Assembly: GCA_035084275.1 (NCBI GenBank)
Contig: CM068769.1
Coordinates: 1,302,001 to 1,366,000, forward strand
Reading direction: 5' to 3'
Length of the DNA stretch: 64,000 nt
Source: Hydrolagus colliei
Taxonomy: Eukaryota
A program made the position numbers and the translations under genes. Below the pieces are notes generated by a model, which worked only from the letters and a program-made list of their open reading frames with translations, did not search any database and was not told the DNA's origin. The first letter of the stretch is position 1; each line of letters opens with the position of its first letter. Shown here in pieces: positions 1 to 11,400 of the stretch.

Positions 1-240
1 ACTCCACCGCGCAGTCTCTGCCGCTTCTCCCGACCGCTCCATGGCCTCCTTGAATTCTCCCCCGAATACTCTACTCTTCGATGTACCCATCGGTAACTCA
101 TTATTCCCCCTTCTGCACGCCCCCCTCCACCCCCCTACACGCTGTACCCAGCTCGTTTTTCCAGCGTTGAATATCCAGCGCCTTAAGACGTCCGCCTGAC
201 GTGAAAGGCGCTACATAGAGTGCAACATTGTTGTTGTTGT
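1..240 (+). mobile_element. L2-type LINE 3' end fragment
   Basis: Ends in the tail ...gacgtgaaaggcgctacatagagtgcaaca(ttg)n, shared with other L2/SINE copies in the window. Confidence 0.6.
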
Positions 241-629
241 CAGTATTCCATGTTTAAGTTTAAATGTAATCTATTTTCAAAATCTGAATCTCACGTGAAC
301 CACTATTTAGTATCAACATAAGTTATATCTTTTATTGGGAATTTCTGTAACGAATTGTAATAATACATTTGTGCTCACCATATAGTTGTTTTATGCTTTA
401 TTGTTTAGGTATTGAAATTTCAATTCACAATAAACAATGTTATCTAATTATCACTGGTGGAAATCTCAAGTGTATACATTATCTTGTTTGTTCATCTGTC
501 TGGAACTGATACCATTGATGATGCATGTGGTAAGTTCATGCTCCCTATAAATGCTCTTTCAATGTGTTCTCAATGTCTGCATGCAAATCATCGTCTTCAG
601 CAGTAAGAGGCTGCAGTTTAAAACACATC

Positions 630-3330
630 ATGGAACATCCAACACTCTACGCAATAATAGCGATTTACTATCCTGCACGTGTGCCGTTTGGAATTCCGGG
701 TAAGTCTATTTGGTCGAATATATATTAGCAATATTTGTTCGTTTCCTGCAAAGGGTGACCGAAGACATTTTGTGAAGTGACTTATCCCCTGCACCATCTT
801 GTTTGTGCTTCCTCGGTGCTCTGTTCCTTTTCTTCTTGTCTTCTCCGCGTACATGTTGCCTATTGGTAGCATCATCAATACACCTTCGATCGACTTCCAC
901 ATGAGTGCAAATGATACGCAACTCTAACTCTCCTCTTCACGCTCTTCTCCGAGACCACATGTTTCGAAAGAGAAAATCCGGCAGACCTGCTGTCCTGGAA
1001 AAGAGACAACAGCTTAATGTTGAACATCTTCAATATTGAGGCTCTGTACATTGGCTCACGTCAGTGATTCAACACCTCAGGCATTGACAGCGTCACCTAC
1101 AAAGACGCATATTTCACCTCAAAGAACCACACAGGCATATTGGCGTATTGTGTAACACTCGACTGTACATTCCAACTCACGTCCATTCCATGATCCAATT
1201 AACCATCCCTACAGATCCCTTGCCCATCAGGCCATGGTACATCCTATCATGCGTTCATCAAATTGGACTTGACTACGTAAACTGTCTGCTTGTTTGTTTC
1301 CCAGATCTTCCCCACTGCAAGATGCTGAGCCTATTGAGCTTTGCAGCTCATATTCTATCCAGCAATAAACTCCGTCCTATTTCATAACTGAATAAAATTT
1401 GAATTGTTCAAATTGGGAGAGAAAAAGCTAGCGTGGAGTATATATTCAATGACTGCATTTGATAAAATATAGAGGAACAAATGCGTCGGGGAGTGCAGGT
1501 ACAGCCATCCAGAAAAATCAGAGTCAGAAGTGGAAACGGCTTTGACGACATGTTTACCAAACTTTAGAAAGATTTGCAAAAGATGGTGCGGCATGATATC
1601 AAAAATGCAGATCAACCAAGCTTTTCTCTTGAGGATAGTTCACGTGAAACCTTATTCTGTCCCGTATCCTGTTACCCTCTCCCTCAAGTGAAGCTCTGCC
1701 TTCTTCTTGAATGCGTCCAAAGAAACAATCGTGTCAAGCTGCAAGATACAGAAACTGCGTGAACATGTTCCTTCTATTGTACCTTCCTGATCCCGTATTT
1801 AGTGCCTGATGTTCGCGTCTCCTGGTTACAGGTTCCCCACAGCAATGATTTACCTTAGTCTTGCTTCTCGTCGTTATGTTGTTGTTGTTGTTTTCGCCGT
1901 AAATTTCCTGGCAATTGTGATCCTGTAAAGAGGAAAGTGCGGATTCTCCAAGTGCATCACGCGCTACTTGGTTTCAATGGCAGCGGCGGATCTCCTGGTT
2001 GTCCTTGCAGATATGTTGCTGAACAAAATTAACAATCTGTATTTCCCGTTAAATTTCTTATTCTACACTCCAGTGTGTCGTGTTAAATGTGTATTGTCAA
2101 CGGCGACTCTCCACGTCTCTGTGTGGTTCACTGTCGCTTTCACTTTTGACCGTCTAGTTGCTATTTGCTGCCATGGCTGGAATGATCAATATTGAACGGA
2201 GAGAACGGCCACCGTGGTTATCGCGATTCTGTATGTTTTCAGCTGCTCATTGAATGTTCCCTGGTATTTTGTTGCTGACCCTTACATTACAATTAACAAT
2301 ACTCCTTGGTACTGTGTCATCAAATCAAGTTATTATAGTTTTGCCGCCTGGAAAGCGTTTGAAAAGTTTCACCGTGTAATCGCTCCTATGTTTTGTTTTG
2401 CTTTTATTTGCTTGTTGAACGCTGTGATTATCAGGCACATCCACATTACAGAGAGGATGTGAATACATTGGAAAGGGTACAAAGAAGATTTACTAGGATG
2501 GTGCCAGGATTGAGGGACTTCAGCTATGAGGATAGGCTAGATAGGCTAGGGTTATTCTCTCTGGAGCAGAGAAGATTGAGGGGAGACCTAATAGAGGTTT
2601 ATAAAATCATGAGGGGTTTCGACAGGGCAAATAGAGAAAAACTATTTCCACTCGTGGGCGAATCTGTGACTCGGGGTCACAGATTTAAAATAGTTTCAAG
2701 GCAAAGTAGAGGGGAGCTGAGGAGAATTTTTTTCACTCAGCGAGTTGTTCGAATCTAGAATGCATTGCCTGAAAAGGTGGTGGAGGCTGATTCGATAACA
2801 ACTTTTAAAAGGGAATTAGATCTTTATTTAGGGAGAACAGGTCTATTAGGCTATAGGGAGAGGGCAGTGCAGTGAGATTAAATCGCTCTTTTCAAAGAGC
2901 CGGCACAGACTAGATGGGCCGAATGGCCTCCTTTGTGCCGTAAAATTCTATGAATCTATGAACATCCTGTTGGCCAGTAAGGCCCGCAGGAAGTTGAGGG
3001 GTCAGAAAGGCGGTGAGAAAACTGTTGATCCCGAGTTAGAAAAACGAAGAAAATCCATAATTTTACTCTGTGCCATATCAGACAGTTTTATTCTGCTGTG
3101 AGCTAACTACTATCATATTGTCGATGAAATGGCAACTACAAAATTTTAATTATAGCGAATCGTTGGTCATCGACACGCGGTTTATCATGCAAGAAACTGG
3201 AATAATGCTTCAACGATTGAGTTGCTCTACCAACACTTGCATTTAAGCATTGACGCAGGCTAAGTTCAGAGCAGAGCTAAGGAAAGGCATAACGTATCCG
3301 TTTCATATCATTGCTAATTTAATGGTAAAG
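630..3330 (+). pseudogene. GPR139-like 7TM receptor paralogue G1 (pseudogene)
   Basis: Exon 1 630-699 (MEHPTLYAIIAIYYPARVPFGIP+G, donor GTAAGT at 700). Exon 2 from about 1900 has the acceptor AG changed to CG and in-frame stops at 1926-1928, 2193-2195, 3099-3101 and 3244-3246. Motifs MAAADLLV, FTFDRLVAICC, NVPWYF, RRKSII and SCSTNTCI are present. A CR1 fragment interrupts the exon at 2443-2961. The 3' end is approximate. Confidence 0.9.
2443..2961 (+). mobile_element. 5'-truncated CR1 LINE inserted in G1 exon 2
   Basis: Encodes CR1 ORF2 C-terminus (LERVQRRFTRMVPGL...RRLRGDLIEVYKIM...FFTQRVV), ends in the (TTCTATGA)n-type tail, and is flanked by a 6-bp TSD ACATCC (2437-2442 and 2962-2967). 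The GPCR frame IRHI|LLASKARR resumes after it. Confidence 0.92.
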
Positions 3331-4329
3331 CTTCATCGATACAATGTGAGGAGTGAGGTGGCTAAACATAATGTTGAACTTCAGCCACACTGATGATATG
3401 TTCCAAAAGGAGGGATGCGTTAAACTATTATGAACAGGATCCAATGTTGTATGGTTAACTTTCATCTCCCATTTCCCCCCCCCCCCCCCGATCCTCTCTT
3501 CCAATTTCTCCCCTGGCCCCAATTCCGTGACTGTTTGTGCGCAATTTGGTTGCCGCTTTTCGACCACAAATAAACAGTCGGATTTCCTGCTCTCGTTACT
3601 CCTACCGCGAACCCTACCATTAACCTCTTTCCCACCTTTCTCTCATAATCACCATTCCACAATTGTTTGTAGGATACTGTTGTGTGTAATTTGGCTGCCG
3701 CTTTCGCTCACATGTATACAGTAAATTTGCCTTCTCTATTTCACCCTACCCAAACTCTCCCAACCTGCTCTGTTCCCTAAAAAGCTGTTCATCGCCAAGG
3801 GATGTCATTACAACGTAAAACGCGCCATTGTAATGTGATTTTTACTTTGATTGTAATAAAGTAACTATTTGGAAAATGGAAGCTCCTGCTCTTTGAAACA
3901 ATTCGAGTGAAGGTATCATGAATTGGTGAAGCAATATTTGAATTAGGATCCAATCAGCTTTTTCAACGCAGATATGTGATGTAACTTACTTAAATATATT
4001 CTACGAAGTGCTGAATTACATTTATTTCGATGCATATACGCATATACATTGGGAATGAAATAAAATATATTGAGTTCACCTGAATATCTGATTTTGCTTG
4101 AATGACTTGTTCAATATCCATATAGTAAACATTGAATGAACAAAGTTAATATCCATAGTGTATTTAAAATGCTCCCGAGACACACAACTTAGAATTAGTT
4201 AAAGAAAAAGCGTGTAGCTGAAATACACACCTGTGTTGAAATGCTCAACGACTGTTAGCAAACTATCGTATAGACTGCGAAAATCTGGGATTGATATGGT
4301 AACCCAAGCAAGGGGAAACTGCCGAATAG

Positions 4330-5740
4330 CGTAACCCAATGATAGACCTACGAAACAACAACAATAAAATTACATTGATAGTGTGCCTTTCACGTAGGGA
4401 TGTCGTCCCAAAGCGCTGCACAGGCATGCATGGAGGAAGGGTCGGGGCAGGGGGAAGGGGAAGGAGACTAAGAGAGTGGGTGGAGTTTGGATGGGGCAGC
4501 AGGGACAGTCGATGAGGAAATTATTGAGACCGGCCTTGAAGGAGGAAAGAGCGGAAATGAGCCGAAGGATTGCCTTCGATGGATTTCGACAGTGTGGTAG
4601 CAGAGACTGAAAGCCCGGTCACCGATGTTGAGGCGGTAAGGGCGGTTGACGCGTAGCAAGCCAGAGCCTGCTGAGCGGAGTGAATCGGCGGGCTGATTGG
4701 GAGACAGTAGGTCGGATAGATAGGCGGGTGCAAGGCCGTCAATGGCCCTGAATGTGAAGAGAAGCATCTTGAATTCGATACTCAGGGTGACAGGGAGCCA
4801 GTGGAGACGGGCGAGAGTGGGAGTCATATGGCCGCGGATCCTGGTGCGGCAGATTACATGACCTGCAGAATTCTCAATAATCTGCAGCCTGCGAAGGTAG
4901 GATCAGGGATCCTGACGACGACGAGGCAGTTCCAGTATTCGAACCTGGAAGTAATCAAGGCTTGGATGAGAGTTTCAACGGCATGGTAAGGGTGAGGTTC
5001 TAGCGCATTCTGGCAACATTGCGGAGGTGGTGAAAGGTTATTCTGGTCATGGAGCGGATGTGTGGGAGTAAGGACAGTTTGCGGTCAAACAAAAAACCCA
5101 GATTCCTATTTGACTTCGAGAGCTGGAGAATGCAGCATTGGATCCTGATCTTGTCAGCGCATGATGCGCAGAGGTGTTGAAGCAATCCAATCAGGAGAGC
5201 ATTCGTCTTACTGGCATTTTACTGGAGGTAATTGTCACTCGTCCAGGACGTAATGTCAGACAGACACGCAGTCAAACCGCCAGTTGTCCTGGAGTCGAGG
5301 GTGAACACTGAAAGGTAGATTTCGATGTCATCCGCATACGTGTGAAAGTCTAGCCCATGTTTGAGAATTACGTCACCTAAGGGGACCATGAATAGGGTGC
5401 AGAATAGTGGGCCAAGGACAGATCCCTGTTGTTGGCCACAAGTGACTGTGCAAGGGCTTCAGTAAAAACCGTTGGCGGAGACGAAGCGAACGCTTTGGTA
5501 GAGGTATCAACGAAACTAGTCAAGGGCAGAGCCTTGAAGCTTGTTGAAGGAGGAGATGCGATGGAGGGAGATTGAGTGGTCGACGGTTTCGAAGGCGGCG
5601 GATAGATGAAGAAGGACTAGGAGGCAGAGGATGCAATGGTCACATATGTTCAGTATGTCATTTGTGACCGTGACCAGCGCAGTTTCCGTGTCTGTCACTC
5701 GCACGTCTCTGATTGTTAGTGTGCTGTTCTTCTCTTTAGC
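4330..5740 (-). mobile_element. L2 LINE fragment (RT domain to 3' tail)
   Basis: Minus-strand translations give ETALVTVTNDIL, LLVLLHLSAAFETVDH, QGSVLGPLF, YADD and RLHWLPV, followed by the 3' tail. Boundaries approximate. Confidence 0.85.
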
Positions 5741-5784
5741 ATCAGCGAAAGCACTGATCCTCTCCACCGCCTTTAATAATAATA

Positions 5785-6125
5785 ATATTAATAATAATCC
5801 TTGCATTTGAGATAGCGCTTTCCACATCTTATCCACGTCCGAAAGCGCTTCACAGAATATATTGTAAAGTGAATTGACTGTATATATTTGTGGGCGAATC
5901 GCGGCAGCCAATTGCGCACAGCAGTGTCCCACACACAGTCGTAGATTGAAATGACCAATTTTATTATTGTGTTTGTTTGGACGGATTATTATTAGGCGTG
6001 TGGAGTAAGGAAACTTGCCCAAGGTTTCGACCTGACATGCCTGGATTCGAACACAGGTCTCTCTAGCTTGGTCTCCCCAGCTTGCAAGACAAGTGCTCCA
6101 ACAACTGAGCCACAGGAGCTTTACC
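5785..6125 (-). mobile_element. tRNA-derived Deu-domain SINE
   Basis: A box (GCTCAGTTGTTGGAGC), B box (GTTCGAATCC), TTGGGCAAGTTTCCTTACTCC core, Deu-like CTGCTGTGCGCAATTGGCTGCCGCG, and an L2-like tail. Confidence 0.85.
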
Positions 6126-7801
6126 TCTCTTTTTCCTAACACCAATAATCCTATGGAGCCGTTTCCATACTGTTTGTACCAATGAAAAGTTGGGTTGAAT
6201 AAAGTGGTGTTGCATTCTATCTATGCATTTCCATTTTCATTATCTGTCAGGAACTGAGGTCTCTGTGACACTTCACTTTCAGCCAAGACACCAGGGTAAT
6301 AGACATGAACATTCTTGGAAAGAAATTCGGAAAATATCTCCAACAAAATTTTAATTATTTAACAGCAAACAAGGATGTCTTTGTGCAAACTCACACTCCA
6401 CTTACAGAAGAGCGACAGCATGAAATCAAAAATAATACACGTTTCTTGGTAATTCGGTTTCATTCTCAATCCTCGTCGATTAATGGCAGAAACACCAGGT
6501 GAAATGCAAGGAGACACCAGATTACTGCTGATAAACGTCCATGAATGTTTGTCGAGTACCGCTAACTGTGTTGGTTATAGGTATATTCTCGGTGACGCCT
6601 CCACTGACGTCTCATTTCCTGTATGTTTGCTGGTGTGACATTCACTCCCCAATCTGCTGCCAACAGAGTTAATTTAGCCACAAGATAGGAAGTTACTGCA
6701 TTTTTCAGTATATTCTTTCAATCACTTTGATTCACGTGAATGAAATAATCTGGAATACATCGAATTCAAGCAAATATAGCTGTTAGTGTTATTAATATTA
6801 TTATTGTAAGTTTGTAGGGGAATGTACTATCGGAAGGAATATGCCTTCAAGGAGTTATTTAAGTTTAACATTCTTTTGCATACATCCTTATCAAATCAGT
6901 TCATGGAAGATTCCTATAGGTCCACACAGGTTTTTCTCTCGAGGACAGAGACTGTATGTTTGGCAACTTCATCAGCTAATTCATTTAAAACAATGATCCC
7001 TCAATCATCTGTGAAGTGAACAAATAATTTGCTGATGGAATGTCTGCCTAGTGAATAGGAGAAACCCGGTTATTGCGCCCGCGGGGACATGGGATCATTA
7101 ACGACGCTTGGTAAAAACTGACTAGACCTCTGTTTGGTCGATCAATACAAGCACAGCTTCTCTGGCATTTCGAGACACACATTTCCAGAACTGCACTGGA
7201 GTGTCAGCCCAGTACATCATTCGCGAATCTAATATATCATACACAGCATTTAAATCGCTTTTAAGTTTATTACGCGGAAGTTGGAAGATTGATTAGTATT
7301 ATACGGTAGTGCAACAATAATTTAAAAAGGAACCTTTGGATTTGATAAAGCAACATTTTTCGCACGTCTGAAAGCGCTTCACAGAATCTACTGTAATGTG
7401 TGTGGACAGTGTGTGTCTTAGTGGAAGAAACAATGGCAGGCCAGTCCGCAGAGTAGTGTCCTAGATACATACGTCGATAGAGTGATTGCATTTATATATC
7501 GTGTTGATCTAATGGATTATAAACCCAGGGAAAGCGATCCCCCCAAGGACTAACAGGAAGGTTCTGAGCAACTGCTAAACAAAGATGTATGTTCTTCCAG
7601 ATTATGGAAAACTGCGTAAGGATTCCCAACGCTTGGGAGTCAAACACATGTCCACGCGAGAGCAAGGCGAGTACCACAACCTCTGCATTGCAGGCCTCCA
7701 CAGCCTCTGTACACCGCCCTCCCAGTTGTACTAGTGTAGCCACCTCTGTGTGTTGGCAGCACTAAGTTGAATGTGTGAGAGGAATTCACGATTGTCTGCT
7801 G

Positions 7802-7839
7802 AGTTTTTTACTTTGTATCTGGCCTCCTGTCGCAGTGTG
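7802..7839 (-). other. Recombination signal sequence of V1 (22-bp spacer)
   Basis: Heptamer CACACTG (7839-7833), 22-nt spacer, nonamer TAAAAAACT (7810-7802), directly after the YYCALQP codons. Confidence 0.8.
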
Positions 7840-8393
7840 GGCTGCAGTGCACAGTAATACAAGTCGTCGTCACCCACATCAGCCCTGAGTATTTGCAAGT
7901 TAAATACTTTATTCTCCTTGTCCAGCTTGGCAGTGAAGCGGTCGGGAATGCCAGGAGATTTGTCTACCTTTCCCGAGGTATAGATCATCAGCATGTACTG
8001 AATCGCTCCATCCCGATATTGCCTGTACCAGAAGGCAGCATAGATTGTGGAATAGTTGCAGTTTATTCTCACGTCTTTTCCTTCAAACTCCCTTATCTCA
8101 GGAGAATATTTGTATATTACATGTTTCCCGGTAACTGCTGCAATAAATTAACAACGTGTTTTTCACAAGGCAAAGCAAAGATTAATGTGCAATTCGAATA
8201 ATACTAACTAATATTGAGTTTTATTGCTCGAATTTTCACAACAATGAGACGTTACCAAACATTTACACAAAACACACAATGAATATCAAATCAAATACAT
8301 TGCCTCTAATCGCCTTTTCAGGCGAAACTCACAGCTAGTTGTGCACAACAGTGTCCCATAAAGAGTTTGAAAGTGAGCGCTCAAAACATTCAT
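7840..8393 (-). CDS. TCR alpha/delta-type V gene segment V1 (open reading frame intact)
   Basis: V exon 8137-7840 after a CAG acceptor: VTGKHVIYKYSPEIREFEGKDVRINCNYSTIYAAFWYRQYRDGAIQYMLMIYTSGKVDKSPGIPDRFTAKLDKENKVFNLQILRADVGDDDLYYCALQP, with Cys, WYRQ and YYC hallmarks. Candidate phase-1 leader exon 8393-8333 (MNVLSAHFQTLYGTLLCTTS, donor GTGAGT) is less certain. Confidence 0.88.
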
Positions 8394-9756
8394 TTATCAA
8401 TAATTCTCTTTGGGAAGATTCGAGCTGGAAGTGGAATACAGTTCCTAATTACTTGTAGACTCAAAAAGTCGTGTGTTGGTGTAACGCAAATTGTCCAACC
8501 ATTAGCCCTGCCGTGATTTACGCTAAGGTGCTTTCTTTTTTCAATTGGTTTGCTCTAATTGCTACACTACCGCATATTATATAATAATGATACTGGCATG
8601 TGATATAGTGCTTTTCACATCTTGTAATACCTACTCACATGCACTCGGCATGTCCACACATACTTACTGGCTATGGTGAGTATTGCTATCAGTAACTGAC
8701 AGTGACCTGTCATGCTGGCTGCTGAAGTGGGGGCAGATAGTGGAATCTCTTCCTGTTTATATATCTGTTCGGCTGCTTTAGCTACAAGTAATGTAGCAGC
8801 GGCTGATGTGATGTGTGCAGGCAGTGGGTGATTCAAAAATATTGTAGGCGTTTCACACTAACCAGTGTATCTTTGCCTTAATCAGTTGATGATTGGCTTC
8901 AAGTGATCCGCTCTAGAATGTAGGGAGTAGGGGTCTGTTTCATGCACAAACAAAGGTTTATTTCCTGTAATCAAGTTGACAAACTGCCTTTGTTGCTGGT
9001 AGTATACCTAATGAGTCGACAGGAGTTTGGTTCAAGGTTCAACACTGTGTATTGAGATGATGGTCTGGACTGAAATTCTAATTCATGACTGTGTCAAGGG
9101 TATATTATTAAGAAGAATTAGATGGAGCCACGATTCTGAATATTTCTGTGCGAGTCGCCGTGTTCCAATTGCCCACTTTATTTGTCTTCAAAGTACATGC
9201 ATTTACTTTTTAGTTATTCATGCTGAACGCTTTATTTGCAACTCCTACATGAAGACATTTTGTACAAGGCAGGGTCTGTTATAACTTTTATCTCTTTGCA
9301 GAACTGTTTGGAACTGCATCCAAGGCAGGACGCAGTTCCCTTTCTGAATGCCCCAAACAAAGAAATAGCTTTACTTCTGCAACTTCAAATTAAAAAGAAA
9401 AATGTTATTCTCCTTCCCCAAATTAACCAACGAAAGTGCCCATATAGCCATTGAGAAAACCCAACATGTTGAAGACCAGTGTGAGCGCTACTCAATACAG
9501 TCTGATTATTTTTGGGGAAAGACAATAAGATAGAAAACGCGAAACGCCAATTGATTCTGGAACAACAATAACATGTTTCATATTTAGGCAAACAAAGATT
9601 CGCACTTTTCAGCTGCAAAGGCCATAGAGTGTATGAAGCTCCAACATCAACTATAACAGGAAGCTCCCGCAATAGCTCACATGTAAGTTAGTTACAGAGA
9701 GGAACGAGGCAAGTTATGTGAGTTGCTGCTCATGTTAGATACTGTATGTTCTTAGT

Positions 9757-9770
9757 GCGCCATCTGCCGA
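9757..9770 (-). promoter_or_regulatory. CTCF-like motif
   Basis: Minus strand TCGGCAGATGGCGC, one mismatch to the CCASYAGRKGGCRS core, between V2 and the V1 leader. Confidence 0.4.
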
Positions 9771-10383
9771 TGGATTGCAGGTACAGCAGTGCACAATTGG
9801 AGACATTTTATAGTAAATGGATTCCAGCCACGCTCAACATTCCCTTTCTGAATGGCGCTGTGTAAACTTAAGCTACTGTTTTTTTTTATTTTTTTATGTG
9901 CAACAATCGACTAGAGCAGCACAGAAAAACAGCTATATTGCAAACGTCTCCACACAAGTCAAGAACGTTGAGGCTATCTCTGTGACAATACCTTATTTAA
10001 TTTTAAAAAATCAATATTCCTTTGATATATATTTGGTTGTGATATATCACCATACCATATCTTAGAGGTGCAACATAGCGCTTTACAGAATGTAATGTAA
10101 ACGCTTTGACACCATGTTGCGTGACAGAAACGCGAAAGCCAAGTTTGCACATCAGAGATCCATTGGATTGAATGATCAATTCAATAATATCATCATTATT
10201 CTGAAGGAAATCTTATGCCCGGAATAGCGAATCACTAATCCGCTAACAACATCGTTCCGATTCACTGCTCAGTACACATCTACATATGCATGGAGTAAGG
10301 AAACTTGCCCCACATTTCGATCAGCCGTGAATTCGCCTGTGAGTCGAGTGCTGTTGCCACTGAGCTACAGGACTCCACATGGT

Positions 10384-10422
10384 AGTTTTTGTAGGGCGGT
10401 AACGTTGATCTGTGTCTCTGTG
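10384..10422 (-). other. Recombination signal sequence of V2 (23-bp spacer)
   Basis: CACAGAG + 23 nt + ACAAAAACT on the minus strand. Confidence 0.85.
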
Positions 10423-10869
10423 TGGCTTAGTGCACAGTAATACACCTATGTATATTTAATGGCACGGTTCACACCACTTTAGCCACTGTTGCTGAGAAAT
10501 GTCCTGTGGCAAAGTCTGCATATTGTGGTCTGTTGCTGGTGGATGCGCAGAGGATATATTTTGGAGCTGAGTTGGGATAGTGACAGTACCAGAACAGGTA
10601 GGACATGATGTCGTTTGTAGTATAATTACACTGCACATCCTTCGCTTCCTTTACTGTCACAGTAGATTGGAGCTGTGCCACTGCATCTCCTGCACAAAGT
10701 CCTCGGAAAGAAACACACATCAGCGCCTAACACAGTATTAATATTAAAATGATTACTGCTATTAATGGTAATAGTAGTAATATATGTGTACAACGCATAT
10801 ATATCTTAGTTGAGGAATCACATTGCTCTTCATAGGACAAAACAACATCAGCTTCGAATTATAAAGCTC

Positions 10870-11130
10870 CCGCCGCGACGTATAGCGTCTCAGAGCGCTT
10901 TATAACAACGGATACTGGAGGTTGAGCCAAGGGCAGAGAGAGAAAGGTGACCAAAGGTGCGATCGAGGAGAATTGTCTTCAGCTGGTAGCTTAAATTGGG
11001 AAGAGAGAGTGAGAGCCGAACGGATTGAGGACGGGAGTTCCAGATCCTCGGGACGTAGTGGCTGAAGGCACGGCAGCCGATGGAGCAGCTGATGGTGTTC
11101 GGTGGAAACGTGGAGGTCAGTAGCATGAAT
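10870..11130 (-). mobile_element. L2 LINE 3' fragment in the V2 leader intron
   Basis: GCRAFSHYVPRIWNSRPQSVR motif and L2 tail. Boundaries approximate. Confidence 0.75.
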
Positions 11131-11356
11131 ACATATCAAGCCAATGGGTTGACCAAAACGTAGCAGCCCATTTGGTGCATCTCATGGTCCCACAAACATT
11201 GCTGAATTGAGTGATCTTTTCAGGGTGACATTAGTAGGAATCAATCTGATCGAAAACACGACGCACAAATTTATTGCCGGCGGGTTTCCTGCCTACGGAT
11301 ATTAAAACAAGGGCGTGTGAGTAGAGTAAGGAATAGGCAACGGAATAGGAAAAGGA

Positions 11357-11359
<3 letters not shown>

Positions 11360-11387
<28 letters not shown>

Positions 11388-11400
11388 GATATAGATATAC
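11360..11400. repeat. (AT)n microsatellite
   Basis: Direct inspection. Confidence 0.9.

Noticed and set aside
9027-9284. Plus-strand ORF containing DSEYFCASR, resembling a V-domain F strand
   Set aside because: Spacing is D-x-x-Y-x-C rather than D-x-x-x-Y-x-C, with no upstream Cys/WYxQ and no RSS after it.
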